Shown: positions 39,561-52,287 of the stretch, piece after piece
Numbering within the stretch: the first letter of the stretch is position 1
How the letters are laid out: every line of letters begins with the position of its first letter
Assembly: GCA_964199315.1 (NCBI GenBank)
Contig: OZ116699.1
Location: 3,658,001-3,722,000, forward strand
From: Orbicella franksi
Taxonomy: Eukaryota
DNA: 64,000 nucleotides
Direction of reading: 5' to 3'
The notes under the pieces: model-generated
What the model was told of the DNA's origin: nothing
What the model saw: the letters and a program-made list of their open reading frames with translations, nothing else
The model's database searches: none
Made by a program: the position numbers and the translations under genes

Positions 39561-40604
39561 TACCGAGCCCAGACGACAGTGTCGAGCCCCCCTGAATTCA
39601 AAACGACCTATATTTTACTGACTATCTGTACATAACCAATGTGTGCGATAATGTTAGCTAATGTTTAGCTTGTCGATTTAATTCAAAGGCCTTTGTAAGT
39701 TAGTTTCAACTCTAACTCCAAAAAGACCCATATTTTACTAGCCATGCACATAAACAAAGCGTGCGATAAATATTTAGCCTTTCCATTTAAATTAAGGAAA
39801 AGGTCTTGGCAATTTAGTTTATAGTCCCTAGAACTCAAAAAAATTCGGAATCTGAGTATATGCAGATCAAAACTGATTAAACTATGCGCAGCTCGGTGTC
39901 AAGCAATCAAAACTACGAGATGGTGAGTTTTCTTTGAGTTACACAAGCGTACTCGAAAAAGAAAACAAGAGTTCAACAGCTAACCTTCTGGCTTCTAGAC
40001 CAGATGCTCTACCACTGATGAACTGCAGATAACTTGCAACATATAACGCCTTCCCGGAGGATAAGCGATGGAGGAAAGCTCATGTGAGAAGCATCCTGCG
40101 TACTGCTAACAATGCCGATAATGAGTACCCGAGGTTTTAGTCTGGCAAATAGGTGATTTTTCTGAAAGTGTCTTAATAGGCAAATCAAAAAATACAATGA
40201 AACTATATAATGAAATTTAAGAATGCATAACAGTCGTCATAACAATCGTCATAACAGTCGTCATAACAGTCGTCGCGTTTCTAAATAGATATTTAACTAC
40301 CTATTTTGTGATCAAGATGCACACAGGAAAGAAGAAACCTATTCAAGTGCAACAGTCCAAATAACGCAAACTACGCGTACTGTCTAATTACTTGCGTGAC
40401 TCAGTCAGTGCCTATCAGATTAATTCGTGAAATTAAATTTGCTATAGTTTTTATTACATGCTAAATCAAACAATCAATCAATCAATCAATCAATCATTGG
40501 AGCTATGTTGTTGCTATGTTAGGTTGAGTTCCCTTTTACCATGAAGCGAAAATAAATAAGTCAATATTGCATATAAACGGATTTTAAGGGAGTACCCATC
40601 TTAT

Positions 40605-41061
40605 CTTACCCAGATGCTTATTAGAAATGTAGACGTGAACGGAAGAACGAGCAGGCACGGTCAATTAAACCTTGTCTGCCCCTGATTCAAACGAGAGTCA
40701 AAGGGTGAAAGGTCTTTCTCAGCATCGACTAGCCGCCTCTTGAATATGATGCCTGCCCATATCAAAAACCAACCTAACCTTACACGCCTCAAAAAATCTA
40801 TTTTTAAACATTTTGTGGACAGTTATAAGGAATTGGACCATTTTATCATGTAAACTTTTAATTTTCCTGTTTTAATTGTTAGACTTTAGTGTATCTCATA
40901 TCTCACGTTTTTATATAATCATTGCATATTTGAGAATCACTTTCTGTATTTTTAATTTTAAACACGTAATCTTTTTACTCTGTAAATATATTTTTATGAG
41001 GGCCACTGGTTTTTCAGTGATTATACTGTTGTGTGCTACCCTCAATAAATAAAGTTGATTG

Positions 41062-41101
<40 letters not shown>
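40605..41101 (+). mobile_element. CR1/L2-like non-LTR 3' fragment with (ATT)n tail; duplicate at about 52616-53117
   Basis: Reads GRTSRHGQLNLVCP*FKRESKGERSFS...LNMMPAHIK..NLTRLKK, followed by a 3' UTR, AATAAA and (TTA)n. Confidence 0.7.
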
Positions 41102-41102
<1 letters not shown>

Positions 41103-41652
41103 GTCGTCATGATCATTATTATTATGATGTTGTGTTTAAAAATAACCGTTTGGCGCTAGCTACCAAAATTCATGACAACTCTTGTCGCCACCAAAATGTC
41201 ATTTTGGTAAACGCTGCCGCACTGAGAAATCCATACCTTCTGTTCCTAGCGAAACAACTTGAAATTAAAAATTAATTAAAAGATCTGCTGGTTTCCATGT
41301 TTGACACAGATTTGGCCTGCTCTGAGGCAGGATGACGGCTCTTTTGAAGTTTGATAAGGGTTGATAAATATGGCAAGGCCAATAATGAACTGTCCACACT
41401 TTTGGAATCGATGACAGGTATTCCTGCGACTGAAATAAGCAAAAATCTGCCTTGGCGGATTGGCACTAATCATTCTTCCTGACAAATACCTCACGAGTGC
41501 GTTATGGTCAAAAAACCATTTTTGAAAGATTTAATAAAGCTGAGCAATAAAGAGAATTTAATTTTGTTTACTAAGATATTTGTAGGATTAGGCTTCAGAA
41601 AACCTGAATGACCCTGTATAGCAGGTATTATGGATGAGTTGTGACAGTGCGT

Positions 41653-41793
41653 AATAGATCAATTTCGATATATTAAGATTCAGCCTAACACAATAGACCT
41701 CAGCACGAGGTCTACTCTGTAGTTATTTCTCAGATCCTCGTACTGAGGTCTATTTTTTTAGGCTGAATTTTGATTTATCGAAATTGGTCTATT
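41653..41793. repeat. Hairpin MITE-like element (AATAG...CTATT); the unit-2 copy at 53668-53827 is 19 bp longer
   Basis: Long imperfect palindrome; in unit 2, gacctcagcacgaggctctg pairs with cagagcctcgtactgaggtc. Confidence 0.8.
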
Positions 41794-43219
41794 CGAGACA
41801 ATCACGGATAAAAGTGTTAAAATGAGGAGAACACATAGCTGCCTTGCAATGCTCCAAATGCGCTTTCCACAAACGTAACCTTTTAAATTCGATCTGTTCA
41901 GTTCAGGACGACAGGTTAAATATTTGCATTTTTGGGGTAATTAAGAGATAAACTTACGATATCTGATGTCCTATTATTCATCGACCGATAAAGGGTGTCA
42001 GGTTTGTTTTGGAAAGGACAGCAGAAGTTTTCTAGCCTTGAAAAGCTGTGCATTAGTTGCTGGTCCTTGTTAATTTATTCCTTCAGGTAAGAGGTTTTTC
42101 TATATTTAATTAATTCAGTGCTGCACAGTTCATAATTTTGAAATTCTAACTGAACTACACAGTTTTCAGTGTCATGTTTTCGGACCTGTTGGATGACTTG
42201 CAAATTATGCAATAGCCTGCATTCGTTCCTTTTAGTCAGAAGCATTCAGTCCCCATGGAGGCCAAATCTTAATTTTAGATGAGGTTGAAGTTGATCGATT
42301 ATTTGTCACTTTATCTTAAATTAGGTTGTGCATTTTAGGACGACTCTCCGCGACGTAACTGTTAATCTTTGTTGTAACCCGGGGGGAGAGGTACTCCCTT
42401 ACGAGGGCTATATAGGAATGTGCGGCGCCAAAGAGTGCGCTGTTTTAGCCGTTTTGGTCAGAAATAAGGTATCGATTTTGGCAATTTTGGTCTCGAATAC
42501 GGTATCGAATTTTTAGTCAGATCATAAATAGGGTAGGGAAAATCACAGATTTTGGTCTTAAACAGGGTAAAGTTTTGGGACGCGGGCCGCACAGTCCCAC
42601 CCAAATCTTTTTAGAGTTCCCCCCGGAGGTGGTACTGTCGGAAACAGTCGCTATATCCTTATGTCCTTCACGACTGTAAGCCTTGACAGTGAACAACAAA
42701 TATTTACTAACTAACTCCATCCTCCAGCCTGATCTGTGAAATTGAGACTTATCAAAGCGTGAATGGAAGTAATAGTTTATCAGCAGACCTGGGCTTCAAT
42801 CTGGATTCCGTGACCAGCGGAATGGGATTATCGGATACGGCTAAGGGATATTTGATGGAGTGCAAAGGGCGACATGCCATCAATCAGAGCAAAACATGTC
42901 TTAAAGTAGTTATCGAGTTTTCTTTCTCGTCGCTCAATATTGCTAGCGTTACGACACAAAACCCACTAGTGAATTCAACACCACTGCGCACCTTGGAGCT
43001 ATTGTTTTGATTTGTCGCCTGTGTTTTTATTTATAGCTACATTTGCCTCGAGCCTGAGATAATCCTTGTTTTACAGCTGGAGTTGAGTTGAATCTAGCAC
43101 GCGTTCTTATTGTTTGATTTATATATGGTCACGTGGCAATCCTAACTTAATAGCTAATTCTGTAGTGGTCCCCGGACAGATTGTTCCGTTTCTAACTTTT
43201 TTTTTCCTGTTTAGGAGGG

Positions 43220-46200
43220 ATGGCTACTAAAAGTGTGAGGTCTGAAGGCGAGACGCGATCATACGAGTTTGACGACATTTTTGAATATGTGTCATCTTTT
43301 GGAAGATACCAGAAAATCTTGTACTTCTGTACTTGTTTGATGGTTTTCCCTGTAGCAAATCAGTTTTCCTTGCTAGTATTTGGTTTTGGTACTCCTGGCT
43401 TCCACTGTGTCACGCCAAATGTCACGTGTGATCCAAAGAAATGTTGTGACGGATGTACGTCATACGCGTTTGACGGACCATTTCATAGCACTGTGTCAGA
43501 GGTAAGTATAGTTTCAACAACAATCTTTCCACTACGAAACTAAACAGCATTTAAAAAAAGACGTCTTTTTTGTTTGCTTTCTTACTTGCTAGTGGAACCT
43601 AATATGTGACCGCGCATTCCTGGGCGCTACTATTCAGTCTTGTTTCTTCGCTGGAATGTTGGTTGGTTCAATTGTGACCGGGATTTTGTCCGACGCCTGG
43701 GGCCGAAAGAATTGCATTTTTATTTGCAACGCTGTCATGGTGAGTTAGTTTTGAGGGTGAACTACGAAAGTACACTGAATTAAAATGTAAACTTAACTTC
43801 TCACAGTGTATTGTATTGTGTTTTTCAGGTTGTTACAGGATTCAGTTCAGCGTTTGTTCATTCCATCCCTTTGTTTGCTGTTCTTCGGTTCATGGTTGGT
43901 TTTGGGCTCACGGGAGTTATGCTATCCCATTACATTTACCTCTTGGAGTTGGTTGGACCGAAAACAAGAACAGCTGCTGGCAATATGAGTTATTTTTACT
44001 ACAATGGTTTTCAGATGTTGTTTGTCCTGATCGCTTATTTTGAACGTGATTGGAGAAATCTGCTAATGATTGTTACTCTGCCAGCAGTGTTGCTGTTTCC
44101 TTTTTGGAAGTAAGTAAATGAAACGCAGAATTCAAATCCCTGTAAAATGAGAGAACATCTTGTCTTGAGTGCCCATCGTAAAGTTAATTAGTTGCAAGAA
44201 TATGCAATTTTGTTTCACTTTTTTGTCGCAGACTTCACACAAGTCTATTTCTCGAGTTTCAAGGTGGAATAGCAAAGCGAGCGCATTGAGCTGCGCAAAA
44301 TATTTCTTGCAATACCAGCGTCACAAGATCGCTAGATCGTTCCTCGGTACACTTAGAAACTCGCTCATTCACACGTTAGTTCGTTGACAAGTTGCCTTGT
44401 TCTCACGTTAGTTCGTTCACGCGTAAGCTAGTTCACACGTTAGGTCGTTCACCGGCACGTTACCTCGTTCACACGTTGCCTCGTTCACACGTTACCTCGG
44501 TCACACTTTACCTCGTTCACAAGTTACCTCGTTCACAAGTTACCTCGTTTACACCATAGTTAGTTGCTGGCCCCTGTTAATTTAAGAGGCCATCGAGACG
44601 GGACCATCGAAATGAATGTAAACACCAACAGCACTATCTCTTCTCTACTGACACCAAAGTACTCAATGTGTTATCGTGACTCAAGACGTTAACTTAGTTG
44701 AAAATATTACAAAAAAAACACTGAAGGTTTATACTTTCCATAGATGTATTCCAGAATCCCCTCGATGGCTCATTGCCCACGATCGTCTGGACGAAGCTCA
44801 ATCTATCATCGAGCGTTTTGGAGTCAAAAAAGGCAAACCTGTAGACTCAGGGGAGTTAAGGGCGCTCTTGGAGAATGTAAGAAGAGACCAGTTAGAACGA
44901 CAACGAGAAGAAAAGAAATACTCACCGATGGACTTGTTTCGCACTCCAAAGCTGAGAAAATGGACAGCAATCCTCTGCTATCAGTGGTAGGAACATTACA
45001 TGTATTGTATTGTGCTTGCGTTTTAGTCTCGGTGGCATAGTTGGTAGAACATAGGGTTTGTGAAAACAAGAGAAGGTTCTTAGTATATAAATTTAAAATG
45101 CAGGCTGATTGAAAAACGGTTTAGGGTACCAGAACTCAGAATGTAAACTTAAAGAAGCTAAGTTCTACCGACTTGCTCGTGGCCTTCACCTTACAGTATT
45201 AGGAGCCCATCACTAGGAGCGTGGAACTACCCCATATTCCTGCCACGGCGTTTTCACGGACCGATCTATTATTAGTTTGAATTGACCGCGAGTTCAGATC
45301 CCCGCAGGAACCTCAGTGACCAATTACAAGCACGGACTTAAGTTTAACTGACATCATCATTTCACCGGAAGATTAAAAGAAAAACCGCCATATTTTCCTC
45401 ATTGATGCGCGGTTACATAGACAGGAACTGACCTATTTCGTAGGAAAATAAGCCTAAAAATAGATCGGTGTGTGAAAATGCCGTGATATAGGCTTAGTAT
45501 GGGAGTTGCACGCTCCTAGTGATGGACTCCTGACAGTATCTGGTGAACGATTATCCCGGACGTCTCCACTCTGAACAAGGAAAGTGAAAAGTATCTATCA
45601 AGTTTGTAATTTTCATTAGATCAACCCTCTTAAATGAAAAACTAAAACAAATGAAAGGGGTTACGTTGACCCAAACGCCAGGAAAACAAAGCGAAATTCT
45701 GCAGAATCGAGATATAAAAGTTATAATCGAACTGTTGAAGAAAATTCACCAACATGATTTCGTTACTACTGTTAAAGCCACGGTGCATAAAATAATCTTG
45801 GACAATTCAACTAAGGACTAAAATTGTACATGAACTCTGATTTTGCAGGTTTGTCGTGGCACTCGTCAGTTTCGGGATGTTTATATTCATCTCTCAACTG
45901 GTTGGTAATCTTTACGTTAATTACACCGTAATGGAGATTATTACAGTCCTCAGGATACCAGTCACTTGGATCCTGTACTTAAAGTAAGGAGGGTTTTTTT
46001 TTTTTTTTTTCCCTCAATTTTAAACTCTTGTACAGTGGAACCCTGTTAATTTTGTCACCAACGGGCCACAAAAATCTGGCCGCATCAAATAAGAAAGTGA
46101 CTGACTGAACTTTTGTTCGGTCCAGGAAGTAACCGTATTAACGGGTGGTCGTAAGGCGGAGTTCCAATGTACATGCTAATGCGAATTAAGGCTTCTTCAT

Positions 46201-49200
46201 CTGATAGCAGGTCATTTAATACGTAAATTGTCTTGTTTGTTTGTTTGTTTGTTTGTTGGCTTTTTCATTGTTTATTAGATTTGGCCGCCGTATTTGCCAT
46301 AGCATCATCATGATCTTGGTTGGAGTCACGTTCTTACTGGTTTTACTGGTGCATAAAGGTAAAAAAAAAAAAAAAAAAAATTAAAAACTAGTTGACATTC
46401 CTATGTGTCAGATCGTTCGGTTGTCGTATTTAATCAGTAGAACAAATATGTGGGAATACGTTTAAATTAAATTCCAAACTCGATCGAGTACAATCACCCC
46501 ATTAGCTTCAATAGCTTGTGATTAACGAATGATCAGTGGTCAAGATAAATAAAACCAGAGATATAGTTGAAGTGCCATTAGTCATTGGCGACTGAAATGA
46601 TCTCGAGAAATGATCTCGAGAAATGGAAGAAATTTGAACGAATCCTTGTGCGGTATGAAATAGTATTTGTAGCATGAAAAGTGAGAGGCTTATTTCAGAC
46701 ATCAAAACTTTGTTCAAGACCACTCGCACGCTCAAGGTCGTATCCAACACGTGGTAATACTCTTTGCTTTGTGAGATTATAATGCAGTGTTAATAGTGGA
46801 AAGGCATAATCGTTCAATGCGATGATGCATTATTTTTAGAATCCCCTGTGGCGACCACAGTACTGTCTCTCTTTGGATTCCTTCTGATTGACTGCACTTG
46901 GACAAGTATTTATCTGATGACTTCTGAACTTTTTCCGACCGTGCTGAGGTAGGTCCCCTGCTCTTCATCCCTACTTACCTCCTCCAGTTTCGTTATTTCC
47001 GGGCCCTGCTCTTGCTGCATCTCCTTCTCTTGCTTCTCCTCCTCTCTCTACTCTTCTTCTGTTTTCTATTCCTTCTTATTCTACTCCTTCTACTTCTTCT
47101 CCTCCGTTTTTCTCCTCTTGCGTAAATGGTCAGTGTCAAACCATTATCTTACAATGCTAGCTCCGGACTACGACTGCTCTATTTCTAAACACACTGAGGC
47201 AACGAATGGTACAGATATTATGATGTTGGCCAGGGAACTTAAACGGAAAACGACAGCCCTCGCAAGGTACAAAAAACATCTGACTTTTAATCATACGCTT
47301 AAAAGAGAGAACATTCTACCTCCGAGCCTGAAGTTCACTCCGCCTATCAGAAGTAAAGCAGGCTATAAAATCGCTAGAAATACAGACCTTAAGAACTTGA
47401 GACTGCGAATAACACAATGTCATCAGAGCATAGGAAATTTACAGACGAAGATACAAGAACCTTCTGCAAAACCTTGAAGACCACCTTTCTCGTGAGGATA
47501 TGCTCGCTCTCCAAAATGTTGTGAGGCAAACATCTGAGACAATTTCAGGAAGGTTAGCTGAAACGCACGGGAGAAAAATCAACGACCTAACAAGCAAAGA
47601 GACGCCACGATCGACCGTGGTTGACCAGGAGAAATGAGCTATCCAAACGGGATTTGACTCCTGTTGAGATTATGGCCCGCAAGAAAGGACTAAATTTCTC
47701 TACCACTCCAAAGAAAGTTCCTGTTTCAAAACTACTCTCCTCCATAGAAACGGGTATTCGCAGTCTGAGTCAATCAGCCAAGGACACGATACGTGTCTCA
47801 GTTGCTAACGCCTTGAAAACTTGCAAATTGCCCGCAACGGTTAACATAACAAAAAAAAAAAGAAAGGGCATTGAACGACCTGAGAAAAGATGAGGAGGTA
47901 ACAGTTGTTTCTGCCGATAAAGGGAGATCCGTAGTGGTAATGGATAAGGATGAATACCAAGAAAAAGTATCTGTTTTATTGAACGATAAAAACACTTATT
48001 TGAAAATCACACGCAAAAGATCAAATCCAACATCAAGCGTCAAAAAAGACATCTGAACAAACTTTTGCTTAACATCAAACGAGAGGAAAAGAACGACAGC
48101 AGATCACAAATTGGACCGGGATTCTACAAAAAACTACATCGCAGCAATTCAACACCAGCGTTGTTTTATGGTCTCCCGAAAATTCATAAACCTAAAATAC
48201 CACACAGACTCATCACCAACAGCATAGGTAGGCCCACGTGCGCCGTATCCAAACATCTTGTTTCCATTCTGTCCCCTCTTCGGAGAAACCTCTTCTCCGT
48301 CAATAACAGCTCAGAATTTGCTCAAAAGCTACAGCAACTTTCTGTCGCAGGTGACGAAATCGTGATCACTTTTGACGTTAAATCTTTATTCACTTCCATC
48401 GGCCTCTGGATCTAGCTCTAACCATCGCCAACGAGAGGCTCCAAAAGAGATCAGGATCTAGCGGCGGAACGTACAAATATGTCCTTCAGCAACATCATGA
48501 GGCGGTAAGATTTTGTTGCCGATCACAACTATTTCAAACACGACAACATCCATTGCAAACAAATCTTTGGATGTGCGAGGGGCTCGCCAATCAGTCCCGT
48601 TATAGCCGACGTCGTAATAGAAGAATTTGGAGAAACTGCCATCACCACAGCTCCCCACCTCGCTAAGCGGTGGTTCCGTTACGTTGATGACAGTCACACG
48701 TGTCTTAGAAAAGACCAAGTGGATGAGTTTCACCAACATCTCAATTCAATTAACCCCAACATACAGTTCAATCTAGAACGTGAGGGCACCAAGGTACAGG
48801 GACTACCTTTTCTAGACACTATCACAACAAGGAGGGATACCTAGCTTGAAGTGAATGTCTACAGAAAGCCAACACACAGAGACCGTTATCTCGATTTCAA
48901 TTCTCACCACCCATGTGCCATAAGAGATCTGTAGTCAGTATCTTGCTACGCAGGGCACAGAACATACCATCAACACAGAAAGGGAAACGCGAAGAAACGA
49001 AACGAATTAAGGCTGTACTGCGAGACAACAACTATCCCTCATCCTTCATCAATAACTGCGAAAGATCGCTGTCGAAACTCCCCACCGATCTACAATCCAT
49101 TGGTTTCGTGGTGCTACTCTATGTACAGGGCATTTCGGAAAGTATCAGTCGAATCTTAAGGCAACAACAAATCAAAGTCGCCTTCAAACCATTGAGAAAT

Positions 49201-51149
49201 GTGAACAGTTTGTTCCCGCGACCGAAAGCCCGGGAAAAGGTTGACCGGCCACAATCTGGCACAGTGCACAAAATCAGTTGCACAAACTGAACGTATCAAT
49301 GAAAACTCGGATTACAGAAAACAAAAGGGGTGTTTCTATGTTCGACCATGACTCTAAGATCTCCTGCCATGTCCACGAATACAACCACAAAATGGAGTTT
49401 GGAACTGTCAGAGTTGTTGGACAAGAGGCTAACTTTCACGAGCGACCCTTCTTGGTAGCCTGGATGTCAATAAAGGATCCGCAATCTGGAAACGACCACA
49501 TCGTCATCCCAGAAGTCTACGAGTCTAGTCTTTGGCACGCGCAGAAGTCTCGCGCTACGTTTTCTTGAAACTTCACGCGGAATTTTCCTCAGCGCGCTTT
49601 CAACGTGCTGTGTTTTGAATCACGCGTGCTAACGTCAGATTTCAGCTGATGAAGGCTCAAGCACCAGCCGAAACGTGTTGAACAAAACATCAAAAAAAAT
49701 AGTCAGTGCCAAACCATTATCTTATAATGGTGTCAAGTCGCTTAAACTAGTATTGTTATCGTGAGCAATATGGGCATCACAGGATTGGTTATCTTTTAAC
49801 CCTCCTGAGATCGAAAACTGACTTCTTTCTCTCTATCCTCACTTGATAGTTATACGCTGAACAAAACTGTTCTGGATCGACGTTTTACGACAAAAAATTT
49901 AAACAAGCAAAGCGATGCAAATAATTTTGTGATTGTCTTAAGCCTTGTTAAATTACACACATGGAAAGTTACTTAACAAAGAAAGAAGCCTAAGCCGTGT
50001 ATTACACTGTGATAAAACACGACGGGCATTTGAAACACGAGGAAAATGAAGAAAACACGAGCCGCAGGCGAGTGTTTTCTACATTTCTCGAGCCGGTTCT
50101 CAAATGTCCGGAGTGTTCTATCGCAGTGTAATACACGGCTTAGGCTTCTTCATTTGCTTTATGATATAGAGGTAATGTGGCGAAAAACAATAAAACACGC
50201 TTTTTCTATGTTTTATACTCTGATAAAACATGGGGTTTTGACCAATCAGAGCGCTCACAGGGTCCTATCTATATTATAGATAAAAATAAGTTTCCATGTG
50301 TGGAACTTAGTAAAGTTTGAGAGAATCGCAAAATTATTTGTGTCTGTTTGTTTAAATCTTTTGTTGTAAAACCTCAATCCAGAACAGTTTTGTCCAGCGT
50401 ACTAACAGATAATATCATCCTTCCTCATTGTCTTTTATATGCCCTACCCTCGGAATGCTCTTTGTATCTAGAATAATCTTGTCGATCTTGTCGAAATCAA
50501 CCTTTTCAGGAACACAGCTCAAGGAACAGGATCTACAAGCGCTCGAGTTGGTGGAATTTTAGCTCCATATGTCGCTTTGATGGTGAGTCTGTAGTGAATT
50601 AAAACACAGCTTAAGCCGAAAACCTTGAAGTGATGATGTTTGCGCTAGGCATCAATTAAAATTCATAGGGCATGTCGCGAGTATACCCAGTTTCACACGG
50701 GTGTGATTTCCCATCGCGTGAAAAGCCCGCGATTTTGTCCTTACTGTATTAATGTTAATTATTCTTGAAGCCGTGGTAACATGTCATTTCGGGTGTTGGC
50801 ATATACGGCAAAAATAGCTGTTCTGAGCGCCGATCTTTGCATGTTGTTGTATCTTGTAAGGTTAGTACGATGTAAATACAGCAAGCAAGCTACTTCTCAA
50901 CATTGACCAACGCGTTCGTTTCATTTACATCACCAGGGGCAGTTACCAGGTCTCAGCATTGCGTTTCCAGTGGCCATTTTCGGCGTGGTTGCAACTCTTG
51001 CTGGGATATTGATGTACTGGATTCCAGAGACGCTCTTCTCACCAATGCACCAAACCATCGAGGAAACGGAAGCGGCCGAAGATGATTATGGGATACCTTG
51101 TTGTGGCAAAAAAAAAACCAGTCTCCCAGACCTAAATCACGCCAAGTAA
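43220..51149 (+). CDS. SLC22-family transporter gene, copy C; 9 exons, 520 aa as written (altered C-terminus)
   Basis: Exons 43220-43501, 43593-43739, 43829-44109, 44744-44986, 45849-45983, 46279-46358, 46840-46948, 50510-50582, 50937-51149, all GT-AG. An A10 run at 51108-51117 shifts the last codons relative to B and D. Confidence 0.92.
44370..44535. repeat. Minisatellite of about 16-bp units (GTTACCTCGTTCACAC); duplicate at about 56400-56590
   Basis: Direct reading of about 10 degenerate units in intron 3. Confidence 0.85.
45200..45532. mobile_element. 333-bp MITE with long imperfect TIRs and a 7-bp TSD; duplicate at 57288-57620
   Basis: Ends taggagcccatcactaggagcgtggaact vs reverse complement caggagtccatcactaggagcgtgcaact. 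ACAGTAT flanks both sides. Confidence 0.8.
46033..46169. mobile_element. Tc1/mariner-type MITE (TA TSD); duplicate at 58113-58273
   Basis: TA-CAGTGGAAC ... GTTCCAATG-TA. Confidence 0.7.
47124..49729 (+). mobile_element. Penelope-like retroelement (RT + GIY-YIG), decayed, in intron 7 of copy C
   Basis: Motifs HLTFNH..ILPPSLKF, KKGLNF, ADKGRSVVVMDKDEY, FYGLPKIH, FDVKSLFTS, GSPISP, WFRYVDD, LPFLD, VYRKPTH.DRYLDFNSHHP, and a GIY-YIG-like remnant (GTVHKISC...KTRITE). A ~28-bp direct terminal repeat lies at 47129-47156 and 49702-49729. Many frameshifts. Confidence 0.93.
49641..49682 (+). ncRNA. Candidate minimal hammerhead ribozyme motif at the Penelope 3' end; duplicate at 61735-61776
   Basis: CUGAUGA core, an extra A, stem II GGCU/AGCC, GAAA, palindromic ACGU, and stem I UUCAG/UUGAA. 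The cleavage-site residue is ambiguous. Confidence 0.55.
50000..50278. repeat. Non-autonomous interspersed repeat in intron 7; duplicate at about 62094-62372
   Basis: Internal repeats tgtgataaaacac / tgataaaacat, hairpin aaaacac..gtgtttt, and GACCAATCAG about 30 bp from a TATA-rich end. Confidence 0.55.
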
Positions 51150-51542
51150 TATGGCTTTAAAATTAGGATAGAAGTAACCGTCGCTGGTGCTGAATGCATT
51201 CCAAAGTCCCTTTACCTACCGTTCTTGAGTTATTGTAATTAATCTACCACGAGGACTTTTCTTTTCATAGCGTTGGTAATCCAAAACGCTCCATCTATGC
51301 TGACTTATGAGTAGGCTCCACACAAATCCAGGAAATAGTAACACATTAAAAGAGGCTTGGCCGTTAAAAATTGTCCTTTTAAAAATTTTGATTTAAGAAG
51401 CGACGACGACGAAATCTCTAATTTTGAGACAGCGTCTCCCAAAACCAAATAGACTCTTCAAAATTTTTTTATGATTTCTGTGATACTCTTAAAAATGGGC
51501 GAACACAAGTAATTTTCATCTCGGCTTCTTTCAAATGGCAGG

Positions 51543-52287
51543 TGAATGACGGGATTTTAGAGTTGTCAAATGTTGAGAGGCAGGACAATCGCTTATTCTT
51601 TTTCTGGGTCTTTTCTACCTCAAGGAACCACATCAGCTCCAAACATTTAATATTAATTGATATACTTATTTGTCCTTCCTGCCCTTTCTGCCCCTCTGAG
51701 ATTCAAAACATACGTCAGTTGTTTATTAGCTGCGCTCAAGCGTCTTCTTTTTGGGATAAGTTCCAAAGTTGGTATTCTACCGTAAGCGAATGCGAGTTTA
51801 CTTCTCTCCGAGCCAGAGGTGTTATTTGGAATTACTCGTCCCTGTGCGCACCGTTTGAACCTCAAAAACCTCATAATGCCAAGCAAATATTTTTTTTTAT
51901 ATATCAACGCACTAAATAGTACTATGTGCGTTTTCAGCGACTTCATCTCATTAGTGCAGGATAAAATCGAGATGGGAAAATATATTGCTGCCACGTTGAA
52001 TGGTGAAAGGGAATTTCGACAGAAGTGGAAATCCTTTCTGCTCAGTTAAGGGAAGTCTCTTATTAATTCGTTGCGAGTTTATTTCTTTTTCTTCTGTAAG
52101 TAATTACAGTGTATTGTAAGTCCTCAAGTAACGTAATTTGCAACCAAGTTATGCCATGTACTATAAATGATGTTCGCAAATAAGTAATTATTGCGTATTG
52201 TAAGTTAGTAAGCAAGTAACGTAATGCAAAGTATTGTAAGTAGGTTTTTTCATGTATTGTAAGTAATGTTTGTAAGTTATTAAAAGC
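51543..52287 (+). mobile_element. L1/Tx1-like non-LTR 3' fragment; duplicate from about 63635 to the window end
   Basis: CPFC..IQNIRQLFISCAQASSFW (zf-RVT-like), then EVLFG, KIEMGKYIA...EFRQKW*, then a tail with TGTATTGTAAG repeats. Confidence 0.72.

Larger units (their letters stand above)
40267..52287 (+). repeat. Tandem segmental duplication, unit 1 (12021 bp)
   Basis: cagtcgtcgcgtttctaaatagat occurs at 40267 and 52288. The units are colinear and near-identical through to the window end (64000 corresponds to about 51906). Confidence 0.95.

Noticed and set aside
41033-41275. Poly-tyrosine ORF (also 53045-53290)
   Set aside because: It is translation of the (TTA)n tail of a retroelement.
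44370-44535. CRISPR-like array
   Set aside because: The ~16-bp units are directly adjacent with no unique spacers, in a eukaryotic intron with no cas genes. It is a minisatellite.
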